This document shows positions 1 to 8,778 of a stretch of DNA of 32,000 nt, in pieces (the first letter of the stretch is position 1; each line of letters begins with the position of its first letter). The notes under the pieces are model-generated. The model was not told the origin of the DNA and ran no database searches. It was given only the letters and a program-made list of their open reading frames with translations. The stretch comes from Candidatus Thorarchaeota archaeon (lineage in GTDB: Archaea; Asgardarchaeota; Heimdallarchaeia; Hodarchaeales; Hodarchaeaceae): assembly GCA_048882505.1 (NCBI GenBank), contig JBHLRO010000005.1, positions 197,204 to 229,203 on the forward strand, given 5' to 3'. The position numbers and the translations under genes were made by a program.

Positions 1-270
1 TGCGCTAAACGCTTCTTCAGCAGTAGAATAACATTGATATTCCAAGAAAGCTGACTGAGATATCATAACCAGTTTCCTATGTTCTTTGTTGCTATATTTA
101 CGTAAATGCTGTGCAATGCGTTTTTGGAGATTTGAGGATGCTCCAGTATATAAAATTTGATTATAGTCGGATAGAAAACGGTAAACACCGGGCTTGGATG
201 GAATGTTTCTGTAACAATGGGGTTGTATGACGAGACGGGTGTAACCAGATGACATAGGAGGGAAACTCAT
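1..270 (-). CDS. GIY-YIG nuclease domain protein (UvrC N-terminal-like), 3' end runs off the window
   Basis: Not in ORF track. Hand translation from ATG at 270: MSFPPMSSGYTRLVIQPHCYRNIPSKPGVYRFLSDYNQILYTGASSNLQKRIAQHLRKYSNKEHRKLVMISQSAFLEYQCYSTAEEAFSA; P-x-x-P-GVY...LYTG...NL-x-x-R-I matches the GIY-YIG core; open to position 1, in-frame TAA at 285-283 upstream. Confidence 0.85.
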   Translation of the reverse strand, partial: MSFPPMSSGYTRLVIQPHCYRNIPSKPGVYRFLSDYNQILYTGASSNLQKRIAQHLRKYSNKEHRKLVMISQSAFLEYQCYSTAEEAFSA

Positions 271-449
271 TTTGGGAGGCCATTAGATTTTCCGATTAAA
301 AACGAAAATTCGCAATGTTTATTTACTCGAGCTAAGGAGGGAAATAAGAAAGGTTTAATAACGATTCCTATGGTAATGAAAACAGGGAAGAAAAACGAAT
401 TACCTAAAAATGTCCCAAGAATTCAAAAGAAGCTATAAGAGGAACAGAA

Positions 450-593
450 ATGTCTGAAGATGAGAAACAAAAGATACCTGATGATCTAAAGAAAGAACTC
501 TTGAAAAAAACCGGAGAAGATGGCTATCACTCAATTGAAGACGCCAAGGCAAAACTCGAGGGAAAAATCCCGACGAAAAAGAAGGACGAATAA
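450..593 (+). CDS. Small highly charged hypothetical protein (47 aa)
   Basis: Hand translation MSEDEKQKIPDDLKKELLKKTGEDGYHSIEDAKAKLEGKIPTKKKDE*; GAGGA SD-like motif just upstream; followed by a terminator-like hairpin; below ORF-track cutoff. Confidence 0.55.
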   Translation: MSEDEKQKIPDDLKKELLKKTGEDGYHSIEDAKAKLEGKIPTKKKDE

Positions 594-644
594 TCCTTCG
601 TGAATATCCAGGATCGCTGTTTTACACAATCACAGATCTCTTTT

Positions 645-686
645 TGAGGGGAGAGGCCCTGGTTTTTTTTGGGTCTCCCGTCCTCA
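645..686. terminator. GC-rich hairpin between convergent genes (possible bidirectional terminator)
   Basis: TGAGG/CCTCA, GGAGA/TCTCC and CCC/GGG arms around a T-rich loop, flanked by T-tracts; lies between the stops of the 450-593 ORF and the KaiC-like gene. Confidence 0.45.
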
Positions 687-1403
687 TGAGGGTAATTCGA
701 CATTTGGGGAGATTACAATTCCTTTTCCGGTAATCGAGAACGGGAATATCCCTCGTTTGTGGTTCATTCCTCGCATTTTCACCACTTCAATTCCTCGTTG
801 TCTTTTTGCTCCTTCACGTTCATTATACAAGCGGATGATACCAGAGGCCAAGAATTCTTCAACAGTATAGTTGGCTGTACCTGGACGTTCAGCGATAGCC
901 AAGGTAGTCACGCCAAATTTGCCAATAACTTCGAATAATCGAAGAATATTATATCTGATTTCACGAATGTTTTCAAATAGTAATGAAATAATCGTCAAGG
1001 GATCAATTACCATTCTTTGTGCGTCAATTGACTTAATCGGCTCTCGTATCTTTAAAATCAATTCAGGGAGATCTATTGTACCCGTAGAAGGGGGAAGTTC
1101 CAATTTTCCTTGACCAAGTGCATGGCTGTAGCTGAAATCAAGGAATCGGAAATTCCCATCATCTTCATATTTCTGTAGGTCGTAACCGAACGCTTTCTGT
1201 GTTAAATACAATTCCTTCTTTGATTCATTGAATGATACGTATATCCCGTTTTCTCCTTTTTGGATTCCCTTGACAAGGAACCCTACTGAAAGACAGGTTT
1301 TCCCAGCCCCTGGCTCACCTGAAAGAATTATAATCCAGCCCTTCGGAATTCCGCCCATAAGGAGTTTATCTAGACCTTCTAATCCAGTTTTGATAACTTC
1401 CAT
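684..1403 (-). CDS. KaiC/RAD55-like single-domain RecA-superfamily ATPase
   Basis: TGLEGLDKLL-GG start, Walker A GEPGAGKT, Walker B VIDP, EEFLASGIIRL, RGIEVVKMRG-x-x-H; 239 aa single domain typical of archaeal KaiC-like proteins. Confidence 0.92.
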   Translation of the reverse strand: MEVIKTGLEGLDKLLMGGIPKGWIIILSGEPGAGKTCLSVGFLVKGIQKGENGIYVSFNESKKELYLTQKAFGYDLQKYEDDGNFRFLDFSYSHALGQGKLELPPSTGTIDLPELILKIREPIKSIDAQRMVIDPLTIISLLFENIREIRYNILRLFEVIGKFGVTTLAIAERPGTANYTVEEFLASGIIRLYNEREGAKRQRGIEVVKMRGMNHKRGIFPFSITGKGIVISPNVELPS

Positions 1404-1529
1404 TGCTTATACCTCGAAATTTCAAGGGCCGAAGTTATGTGTCTTGATATCATGTATTTGGATATACTGTTGCAACATGATTACACAGGTAGCTTAAAAA
1501 CCCTCCCAAATTAATCAAAATTACCCTGT

Positions 1530-2933
1530 TTACTCAATCAAGGCTATCTGAATATCCATTGTATTGGTTCCAGTCGGGCCAGTTTGTATTAGACATCCAC
1601 CGATCCTTTGGAATAATGTTGTTGTATCATTTTGCGCTTGATAGCGAGAAATATTAATTCCTCTTTTAATACACGTTTTCATGCTAGATTGATCTAGAAT
1701 GACGCCCGAAAACTTTGAATTCCCATCGATTCCGTCAGTTGCGCAAGATAAAAATGTAAAATTCAGATTTTTCGATAGAATTTCGTCCAAAAAAGATGCT
1801 GCAAGCTCCTGATTCCTTCCTCCTATCCCTTTCCCTTTAACCGTGACTGTAGATTCGCCTCCGGAAACCGCAAGTATAGGTGGAGACGATGAACCAGCTA
1901 TACCTTGATAAATCCGTGCTAAAAGTTTTCCGAGGTAACGAGCGTCGCCTTCAAGCTGATTGGTAAGAAAAATTGAATTGAATCCCAATTCAACCCCTTT
2001 TTCTTTCACAGCGTGACAAGCAATGTTACCCGATCCCAACAAGTAGTGTCGTGGACTTTTTCTGATCGTTGATCTCGATTCTGAATTATAACGAGGCTTG
2101 GAATCAGGAGATTCCTTCAAAACAGTTCTCACACTAGGGGGGAGGATTGTAGGATGTTCCCAAAAACCGTATCGATGAAGAATTTCAATGGCGTCCTTAG
2201 AGGAAGATACTGTTTTGAAAAAAGGTCCAGAAGCAATGGTTCCGAAGTCATCTCCAATAACGTCCGAAATTACAAGAATTATAGTGGTTGCTTTTGTCAT
2301 CTCGGCCATTTTTCCGCCTTTTACGAGTGAAACCTCTTTTCTAATTGTGTTCATTTCATGAATGGACATTCCAGATTCGACTAAAATCGAATAAAGCTCT
2401 CTTAGGTCACCGATAGAAATCGGAGGTTTAGGAAGAACCAACATAGATGAGCCTCCTCCGGATATAAGCGATAAGATAACGTCCGAGTCAGGAACCGCCT
2501 CTAAAAGGTTTAATAGCTTCTTTGTAGCTCTCAAATTGGTTTCGGATGGTAAAGGGTGTGTAGTTGGGATACACTCGATCCCAGGCAAATTAAGGCGAGT
2601 TTCCAGTCCAAATGGAACCAAGACAATTCCTTCCATTGTTGATTCACCAAATATAGCTTCCAATCCCTCCGCCATCTTGCCTGATGCTTTTCCAAAACCT
2701 AAAACCCAAATCCGCCTATCCTTGAGAGGAATTACATCATCGTGAATTTTTAATTCAGACCGGGAATTGTTTATTGAAACTGAACTTTTTACGAGATAAA
2801 AGGGATCAATTGAATTCAAAGCTAATTCAAATAAACCCAGAATCGTCTCACGTCGCTTTTGATGCGAAATATTGTGAACATATTTAATTAGAGAAGTTTT
2901 ATTCATTATTTGGGGGGCCATAGCCGCCTCCAC
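1530..2933 (-). CDS. Glycerate 2-kinase (MOFRL/GLYCTK family)
   Basis: GFGKAS-x-x-M, LISGGGSSML, RK...VKGG, ISDVIGDD-x-x-TIASGP, GGESTVTV-x-G-x-GIGGRNQE, ATDGIDG, TGPTGTN-x-x-D. True start may be at 2921 or 2906. Confidence 0.92.
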   Translation of the reverse strand: MEAAMAPQIMNKTSLIKYVHNISHQKRRETILGLFELALNSIDPFYLVKSSVSINNSRSELKIHDDVIPLKDRRIWVLGFGKASGKMAEGLEAIFGESTMEGIVLVPFGLETRLNLPGIECIPTTHPLPSETNLRATKKLLNLLEAVPDSDVILSLISGGGSSMLVLPKPPISIGDLRELYSILVESGMSIHEMNTIRKEVSLVKGGKMAEMTKATTIILVISDVIGDDFGTIASGPFFKTVSSSKDAIEILHRYGFWEHPTILPPSVRTVLKESPDSKPRYNSESRSTIRKSPRHYLLGSGNIACHAVKEKGVELGFNSIFLTNQLEGDARYLGKLLARIYQGIAGSSSPPILAVSGGESTVTVKGKGIGGRNQELAASFLDEILSKNLNFTFLSCATDGIDGNSKFSGVILDQSSMKTCIKRGINISRYQAQNDTTTLFQRIGGCLIQTGPTGTNTMDIQIALIE

Positions 2934-4491
2934 CGGGGGTTTTGATGATTAAGGTTTCACCAGCATTGAAATTGAGTGTTGCTCGACCAGGAAGAACAAT
3001 TTCCTGCCCATCGATAGTTCGTTTAATATTTACTCCATTTTTTCCCCGTTCTCCCCCGTGTAGCCCATATGGAGCGAACTTACGGCGCTCTGTTTGAAGT
3101 GAGACAATACAATCTGTTAAACAGAGGATCTCTCGGATGATTCCCATCCCCCCGCACGTTTTTCCCGCTCCGCCCGATCCGTCTCTGAATCCATAGGATA
3201 AAACGCGGAGGGGGAAAATCATTTCTAATGACTCGATAGGAGTATTCCGCGTATTTGTCATATGCGAATGAATTCCTGATTCCCCCGAGACAAGAGATGC
3301 CGCACCCGTACCCCCACCCAGAGTTTCGTAATAAGCGAAGGGGGAACCGTCAGGTCGTTTTCCACCTATACTTATATTGTTCATGGTACCTTGGGACGCC
3401 GCAGGAATTTTACCTTGAATTTTTGCAAGGGCTCCTAACAGGACATCCACTACTCTTTGTGAGGTTTCCACATTTCCCGATGATACCGCAGCTGGAAACT
3501 TCGGATCTAACAAAGAGCCACTAGGAATTTGAATTACTAAATTCCGAAAAAACCCAGCATTTGTCATAATACTGGGATCCGTAAGACTCCGAAAGACATA
3601 GAAGACACAGGAATAGGTAACACTCTTTGGAGCATTGACATTCCCCTCCTGCTGGGCGTCTGTTCCCTGGAAGGATACGTACAGTTTTTCGCCACTCTTT
3701 GAAATCGAGACTCGGATCCTAATCGGTGTTTCTGTAATGCCGTTTGAATCCAAAAAATCCTCAAATGAAATTGGCTCGTTACCTATCTGAATCTTGGCGA
3801 TCTGCTCATTAAATGCTTTTTCTGATAGATTTAACAATTCTTCACAGGCAGCATTTAGAGATTTCCATCCATATAAAGTTGTGAGTTCTTCTAATCGGTT
3901 TTTACCGCGTAAAAGTGCCGCCCTCTGCGCTCGGAAATCCCCTATTCTTTCATTTGGAACTCTTACATTTCCCAATATAAGTTTGAAAACTGATTCATTT
4001 TCCTTGCCCCTCTCATATAGCTTCAATGGTGGGATTATTAAGCCCTCCTCGAACAATTCGTGCGACACTCCAGGCATGGAACCAGGTGTCGCTCCGCCAA
4101 TATCTGCATGGTGAGCACGGTTTGCAACAAAGAAGATTATCCTATCTTTAAAGTAAACAGGCATAAAAAAGGTTACATCAGGTAGATGAGTACCACCGCG
4201 ATATGGTGAATTGTATATGATAATATCTCCACGTTGAAATTCTTCAATGGAAAACTCCTCTAAGATTTCATGGGCGGCAGAAAACATTGCTCCTAAATGG
4301 ACCGGAATATGTTCTGCTTGGGCAATCATTTCACCTGTAGATAGGTAAATGCAACAAGAAAAATCCAGACGTTCTTTACAATTGGCACTAAAGGATGAAC
4401 GTTGCAATACAATTCCCATTTCCTCAGCAATGTTTTCTAGCGCCTTTTGGATTATGCTAAGAGAAACTGGATCAATATTCATACAGCTCAA
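2899..4491 (-). CDS. hyuB: Hydantoinase B / 5-oxoprolinase beta-type subunit
   Basis: EEMG-x-x-L-x-RSSFS-x-N-x-KERLDFSC, HIPVHLG, NSPY-x-GGTHLPD, HHADIGG-x-x-PGSM, GNVETSQR, YYETLGGG-x-GA, HSHMTNT, TPGGGGYG. Substrate not determinable. Confidence 0.93.
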   Translation of the reverse strand: MSCMNIDPVSLSIIQKALENIAEEMGIVLQRSSFSANCKERLDFSCCIYLSTGEMIAQAEHIPVHLGAMFSAAHEILEEFSIEEFQRGDIIIYNSPYRGGTHLPDVTFFMPVYFKDRIIFFVANRAHHADIGGATPGSMPGVSHELFEEGLIIPPLKLYERGKENESVFKLILGNVRVPNERIGDFRAQRAALLRGKNRLEELTTLYGWKSLNAACEELLNLSEKAFNEQIAKIQIGNEPISFEDFLDSNGITETPIRIRVSISKSGEKLYVSFQGTDAQQEGNVNAPKSVTYSCVFYVFRSLTDPSIMTNAGFFRNLVIQIPSGSLLDPKFPAAVSSGNVETSQRVVDVLLGALAKIQGKIPAASQGTMNNISIGGKRPDGSPFAYYETLGGGTGAASLVSGESGIHSHMTNTRNTPIESLEMIFPLRVLSYGFRDGSGGAGKTCGGMGIIREILCLTDCIVSLQTERRKFAPYGLHGGERGKNGVNIKRTIDGQEIVLPGRATLNFNAGETLIIKTPGGGGYGPPNNE

Positions 4492-6497
4492 TTCCTTTTT
4501 AAGCGAGTTAGCACCATGTGGCCATCAGATTTCACAATAGCCTGCCATCCTAAATTAATTAGTATTGTCGTATCATCTTGTTCTATAATACAGGGTCCCT
4601 TCAAAATATTATTAGCCTTTAACCGTGATTTTTGATGTACATAGGAACTTTGCCATCTATTGTCCAAATAGACTGATCTTGAAAGAGGTTGGGTTTCTAG
4701 AGTCTGAGCATTACCAGATTCCAACCTTGGCATCCGAAACCTTGGCAAGGGAACCATTGCTGAAATTCTTAGGTTTACGATCTCTTTTGGATCATCAGGA
4801 GTAGCGTAACCATATGTTTTTTCATGGATCTTATCGAAAGCATCTGAAATTACCTCTATATGCCCATAATACGGAACAGACAATTCATAGGACTGACCAA
4901 CTAACCTAATTTCAAGATTTCGCGCAATAAGGACGTCTTTTTCCTCAAATCCGTCTTCGATACATAATTGAACACCCTGTTTTGCCAAGTCCGCAAAGGT
5001 GGCCTCAAGCTGCGAGGCCTTTAATTCACCAAGCAGTTTCAGATAGGATCTAGTCAAGTCATGCCTAATATCAGCTGTTAAAAGTCCGTAAGCAGACCAA
5101 ACCCCTGGAAATGGAGGAATAACAATTGATTTCATTGATAACCGCTCAGCCAAAGCGCAGGCAGCGAGGGGTCCTGCGCCTCCGAAGGCTATCAAATCGA
5201 AGTTTCTACAATCAAGTCCCCGTTCTGTGGATACCTTTCTTAGAGCTAACTCGACGTTATTCTCAAATATCCTTATGATTGCACTAGCGCACTCCTCCAT
5301 TGTAATATCCATCTCTACTGCAAGTTCTGTTATTGCTTTTCTGGCTAACTCTGGATAAATCCTAATTTTTCCCCCGCAGAATGACTCTTCATTTATTAAA
5401 CCAAGAACAACGTACGCATCTGTTACCGTCGGATGAATTCCACCTTTATTATAGCAAACTGGCCCTGGGTCCGCGCCAGCACTTTCAGGACCCACGTTCA
5501 AGAGACCAAATCGGTATTTCGCAATGGAACCCCCGCCTGCTCCGATGGTTTGCACGTCAATGGTTGGAATCTTTAACGGAAATCCTTCAATTTCAGCTTC
5601 GGTCGTTATCGTCATTTTACCTTCGACAATGCTTGCAACATCAGTGCTCGTGCCCCCAATATCTAACGATAAAGCATGAGTTAGGTCGAGTTCTGTGCAC
5701 GAAAATAAACCACCCAAAGCTCCTGCAGCTAAACCAGAAAGCACTGTATCAATTGAACGATCACTTGCGTTTTCTATTTTTGTAACACCTCCAGTAGAGA
5801 GAAGTACCAGGGGAGATATTTTAGAGGTATACTTTCTGACCTCTGTTAAAAAGGCAGAAAAGTATTTTTTCATTAGAGGCGCCACGTATGCATCTATCAC
5901 CGTTGCAGCCGTTCTGGCATACTCTCTGAATACTGGTAGTACGTGGCTGGATAAGGACACATTTATTGATGGGAAATTTCGATTCAATGATTTGGCAAGT
6001 TCTTTTTCATGAATTGGGTTAAAAAACGAGAATAATAGAACGATTGCTATGCTTTCTATCTCATACCTTTCCAGGAGACCCATAAGGTCATTAATGGTAT
6101 TTGTGGAAAGCGGTCGTAGCACTTGACCATCAGGCCCAATGCGCTCATCTACTTCAAATCGAAGTTCTCTAGTAACTAGAGCTGGTGTTCGGGTCGGAAA
6201 AAGGGAATATATCTCTAATCTATTCTGTCTCCCAATTTCCAAAACATCTTTAAATCCCTTGGTAGTTATCAGGCAAGTTTTTGCCCCTTTTTGTTCAATT
6301 ATTGCGTTGTTCGCCAGAGTAGTTCCATGGACTAGTAAATCAAGGCCCTCGGTTCCCAACTGAGAAAGTCCATTTCCTATGGCATTAGAATGATCTTTGG
6401 GCGTTGTAGAGATTTTTATAACTTTAACGTTGGATTCTGTGTCAACTAATATTAGGTCAGTGAACGTTCCACCAATATCAATCCCAAGACACTTCAT
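4488..6497 (-). CDS. hyuA: Hydantoinase A / 5-oxoprolinase ATP-binding subunit
   Basis: GIDIGGTFTD, HGTT-x-x-x-NA, DIGGTSTD, TIGAGGGSIA, GP-x-SAGADPGP-x-CY, AFGGAGPL; 4-bp overlap with hyuB indicates coupling. Confidence 0.93.
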   Translation of the reverse strand: MKCLGIDIGGTFTDLILVDTESNVKVIKISTTPKDHSNAIGNGLSQLGTEGLDLLVHGTTLANNAIIEQKGAKTCLITTKGFKDVLEIGRQNRLEIYSLFPTRTPALVTRELRFEVDERIGPDGQVLRPLSTNTINDLMGLLERYEIESIAIVLLFSFFNPIHEKELAKSLNRNFPSINVSLSSHVLPVFREYARTAATVIDAYVAPLMKKYFSAFLTEVRKYTSKISPLVLLSTGGVTKIENASDRSIDTVLSGLAAGALGGLFSCTELDLTHALSLDIGGTSTDVASIVEGKMTITTEAEIEGFPLKIPTIDVQTIGAGGGSIAKYRFGLLNVGPESAGADPGPVCYNKGGIHPTVTDAYVVLGLINEESFCGGKIRIYPELARKAITELAVEMDITMEECASAIIRIFENNVELALRKVSTERGLDCRNFDLIAFGGAGPLAACALAERLSMKSIVIPPFPGVWSAYGLLTADIRHDLTRSYLKLLGELKASQLEATFADLAKQGVQLCIEDGFEEKDVLIARNLEIRLVGQSYELSVPYYGHIEVISDAFDKIHEKTYGYATPDDPKEIVNLRISAMVPLPRFRMPRLESGNAQTLETQPLSRSVYLDNRWQSSYVHQKSRLKANNILKGPCIIEQDDTTILINLGWQAIVKSDGHMVLTRLKRN

Positions 6498-6551
6498 TCC
6501 GATCCGGAACCTTTAATATTTCTTTTTTCATTATTATATTCGCTAAACGCC

Positions 6552-6569
6552 ATATGCATCGATGCGTAT
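6552..6569. promoter_or_regulatory. Near-perfect 18-bp palindrome, candidate operator of the hyuAB-glycerate kinase operon
   Basis: ATATGCATCGATGCGTAT (16/18 symmetric) lies just downstream of a minus-strand TTATAAA box (6584-6578) and 55 bp upstream of the hyuA start. Confidence 0.4.
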
Positions 6570-7054
6570 CATGTTTTTTTATAATGATTCACACCGCTTT
6601 ACTTGGATCAAGTTTGGAAGTCAAACTACTCATATATCTTGGAGAGAGTGATTCAAAATACATCTGCAATTTGACCCGTATCTAGCCTAAAATCGGTTCT
6701 GCCTTATCGAGACCAAAACCCATTTCAAATATGTACACTTCTACCCTCTGCAATTACAGGCACTGTTTCGGGCTCTTCTGGGATGTTTTTCCTGGTTTGA
6801 GATATAAACAATTTATATGCGAATTAGAATCGCAAGAGAACAACAATCAGTCCTGGCGTTGCTGAAAACGTAATACTTCCCATGCTAGAGGTTAATATAT
6901 CTTGGAAAAGGAACTCCTTTTGCTTTTCAGTTAATATCGAATATTTCTAATGCTGAACGCGATGAATTTGTGAAAAACAAGCCTAAGGGTTTAAAAACCA
7001 AATATATCGATAACGAATCTAATATCGCTGTTTGTTTACAGGCGGTGACAAAGG

Positions 7055-7255
7055 CTGGCAAAAACTAGCGTTATCAGCATTCGTATATCAGACAAAACAA
7101 AGAAGATGCTTGAAAAATACGCCCAAATCCTACAGCTGAAGGTATCTGTGCTTGCAGCAAAGATTTTAGAGGAAAAAACTGAGGATTGGAGTAAGGAGTA
7201 CGCAGAGCGGATTTATTCAGAGCTGGGTTTATCAAAAGAATCGAATTCGACTTAA
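7055..7255 (+). CDS. Ribbon-helix-helix (CopG/Arc-like) DNA-binding protein, probable CTG start
   Basis: Not in ORF track. (M)AKTSVISIRISDKTKKMLEKYAQILQLKVSVLAAKILEEKTEDWSKEYAERIYSELGLSKESNST*; beta-strand SVISIRI followed by two helices is the RHH pattern; SD GGCGGTGA at 7041-7048, 6 nt before CTG; in-frame TGA at 7046 excludes an upstream ATG. Confidence 0.72.
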   Translation: MAKTSVISIRISDKTKKMLEKYAQILQLKVSVLAAKILEEKTEDWSKEYAERIYSELGLSKESNST

Positions 7256-7271
7256 CTTAGGTGATCGGGCC

Positions 7272-8051
7272 ATGGGATTCTATGAATTTCTAATCATCTC
7301 GTTCCCCCTTCTAGTCCTCACAGGACTAGCATCGCTCAATTGGTATTTTTTTCTCAAAAACTATCTGCGTGAAGGAGAAGAAACTTTACTACATTCTGCC
7401 TTGGTTTTTATCCTTGTAACCGCGGCCTTCCTGATAATCGCCATTGCAGGCTTTTTGACCCCAACGGAGCCTATAATCTGGTTTATGGTGGCGCATTTTA
7501 TTTCATGGTTAATCTTTCTAGAAATCGCCAATGCATACTTTTCTACGTTTATAAATCGTTCTAGATCCGTAGAAAGGTACGTGTTACCAGTCCTTGGAGC
7601 GGGAGCAGGTTTGGCTCTTTTTGGCGTATTTAATCCAGATTTTTATGTATTAGCGGGAGGAATAACAGCGATCGATACCATTGTATATGCAGTTGGAATA
7701 TTCTCCCTTCTTTTTGTCCTTTTAAATGCCTATAACCGGATAAGTTCCGCGCTTGGGCAGTATGAAGCGGATGAAGAACTTCTTCTGGTCTCTACTACAA
7801 GGGAACTGCTGTACGGCGCCATAGCATTAACATATACATTCATATCCGTGGGGTCCTGGCTAATCTTTAAAACGCCTTCTCAAATCTCGTTAATTGTTTC
7901 AACCTGGGACCTTTATGATTGGTTCGTTTATCTAAATATCCCTATCTATTTTATCGTGTTCATCGGAGCATTAGTAAAGTTTTCCAAACTAAAATTCGAG
8001 AATATCAATATTGCTGACCTATTCAACATCCTAGATTCTCCACAGGATTAA
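7272..8051 (+). CDS. Multi-pass (about 7 TM) membrane protein of unknown function
   Basis: Seven hydrophobic segments by eye, long charged loop between TM5 and TM6, short C-tail; AGGTGA SD upstream; no mid-TM7 retinal Lys. Confidence 0.75.
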   Translation: MGFYEFLIISFPLLVLTGLASLNWYFFLKNYLREGEETLLHSALVFILVTAAFLIIAIAGFLTPTEPIIWFMVAHFISWLIFLEIANAYFSTFINRSRSVERYVLPVLGAGAGLALFGVFNPDFYVLAGGITAIDTIVYAVGIFSLLFVLLNAYNRISSALGQYEADEELLLVSTTRELLYGAIALTYTFISVGSWLIFKTPSQISLIVSTWDLYDWFVYLNIPIYFIVFIGALVKFSKLKFENINIADLFNILDSPQD

Positions 8052-8072
8052 TAATTTCTTTGAAACGGCAGA

Positions 8073-8708
8073 ATGAATTTGTTAATGGATTTCCAGATAC
8101 TCTGCATTGGTGATTCCCATACAGCTGGATTTCCAGAATATGATCCGTCCCATGGCGGCAATCCGGAGAGTACATATGAGTTCTGGCTCCATAATAGTCT
8201 GATCGTGAGATTTCCTGCACTCAGATTCAGTATTGAGAACCGGGGAATATGCGGCCTCCTTGCGTACCAGGTTTATCCTGTTTTAAAAGCCAGGTTAAAG
8301 CGAAATCGTCCAGATTTGGTGATCTTATGGGCAGGAGCCAATGATCTGGCCAGCATGATCGATACCAGGTCAATTTGGAACAGTCTCTGGGAAATCTTCG
8401 AGCTTTCGAAAGCGAATCAAGTCCCGTTTTGCATGGTTACTATACCACCTATGGCTTTCAAGGATCTTGTATCTCCCATAAAGCGGTTGAACCAGAAGAT
8501 TATAGAAAATGCTGATGGGAATTACCTCTGTGCCGATATTTATTATCCTTTGGCAAGTAATGATCGACTGGATCATAAGTTTACCATAGGAGATGGTGTA
8601 CATCTTTCTATCCAAGGTTATAGGTTGGTGGGTGGCATCATCTATAATGTCATAGAACAAAAAGTCTCAATGCTTGTAGGGGATGATGACTGGGCCTTTT
8701 CACCATAG
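8073..8708 (+). CDS. SGNH/GDSL hydrolase (lipase/esterase)
   Basis: Blocks GDSHTAG, NRGICG, WAGAND, DGVHL. Confidence 0.92.
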   Translation: MNLLMDFQILCIGDSHTAGFPEYDPSHGGNPESTYEFWLHNSLIVRFPALRFSIENRGICGLLAYQVYPVLKARLKRNRPDLVILWAGANDLASMIDTRSIWNSLWEIFELSKANQVPFCMVTIPPMAFKDLVSPIKRLNQKIIENADGNYLCADIYYPLASNDRLDHKFTIGDGVHLSIQGYRLVGGIIYNVIEQKVSMLVGDDDWAFSP

Positions 8709-8778
8709 AGGAGCATGACTCAAAGGGATACAACAGAAATTCGATAATATCAGAATTATGATTCTACGGGTATAACAC

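Noticed and set aside
6797-6823. dif-like inverted repeat TTGAGATATAA-ACAAT-TTATATGCGAA, resembling archaeal XerA dif arms
   Set aside because: The spacer is 5 bp, not the 6 bp expected for Xer sites, and the symmetry is explained equally well by back-to-back TATA-like elements in a divergent promoter region. A PWM scan or XerA binding assay would be needed to revive it.
6889-7068. 59-codon open frame (RLIYLGKGTPFAFQ...KAGKN) upstream of the RHH gene
   Set aside because: No plausible start codon at its 5' end, no recognisable family, and joining it to upstream frames by frameshift gives nothing convincing.
7272-8051. Possible microbial rhodopsin or heliorhodopsin (7TM)
   Set aside because: No retinal-binding Lys in the middle of TM7 and no D-x-x-x-K-type motif.
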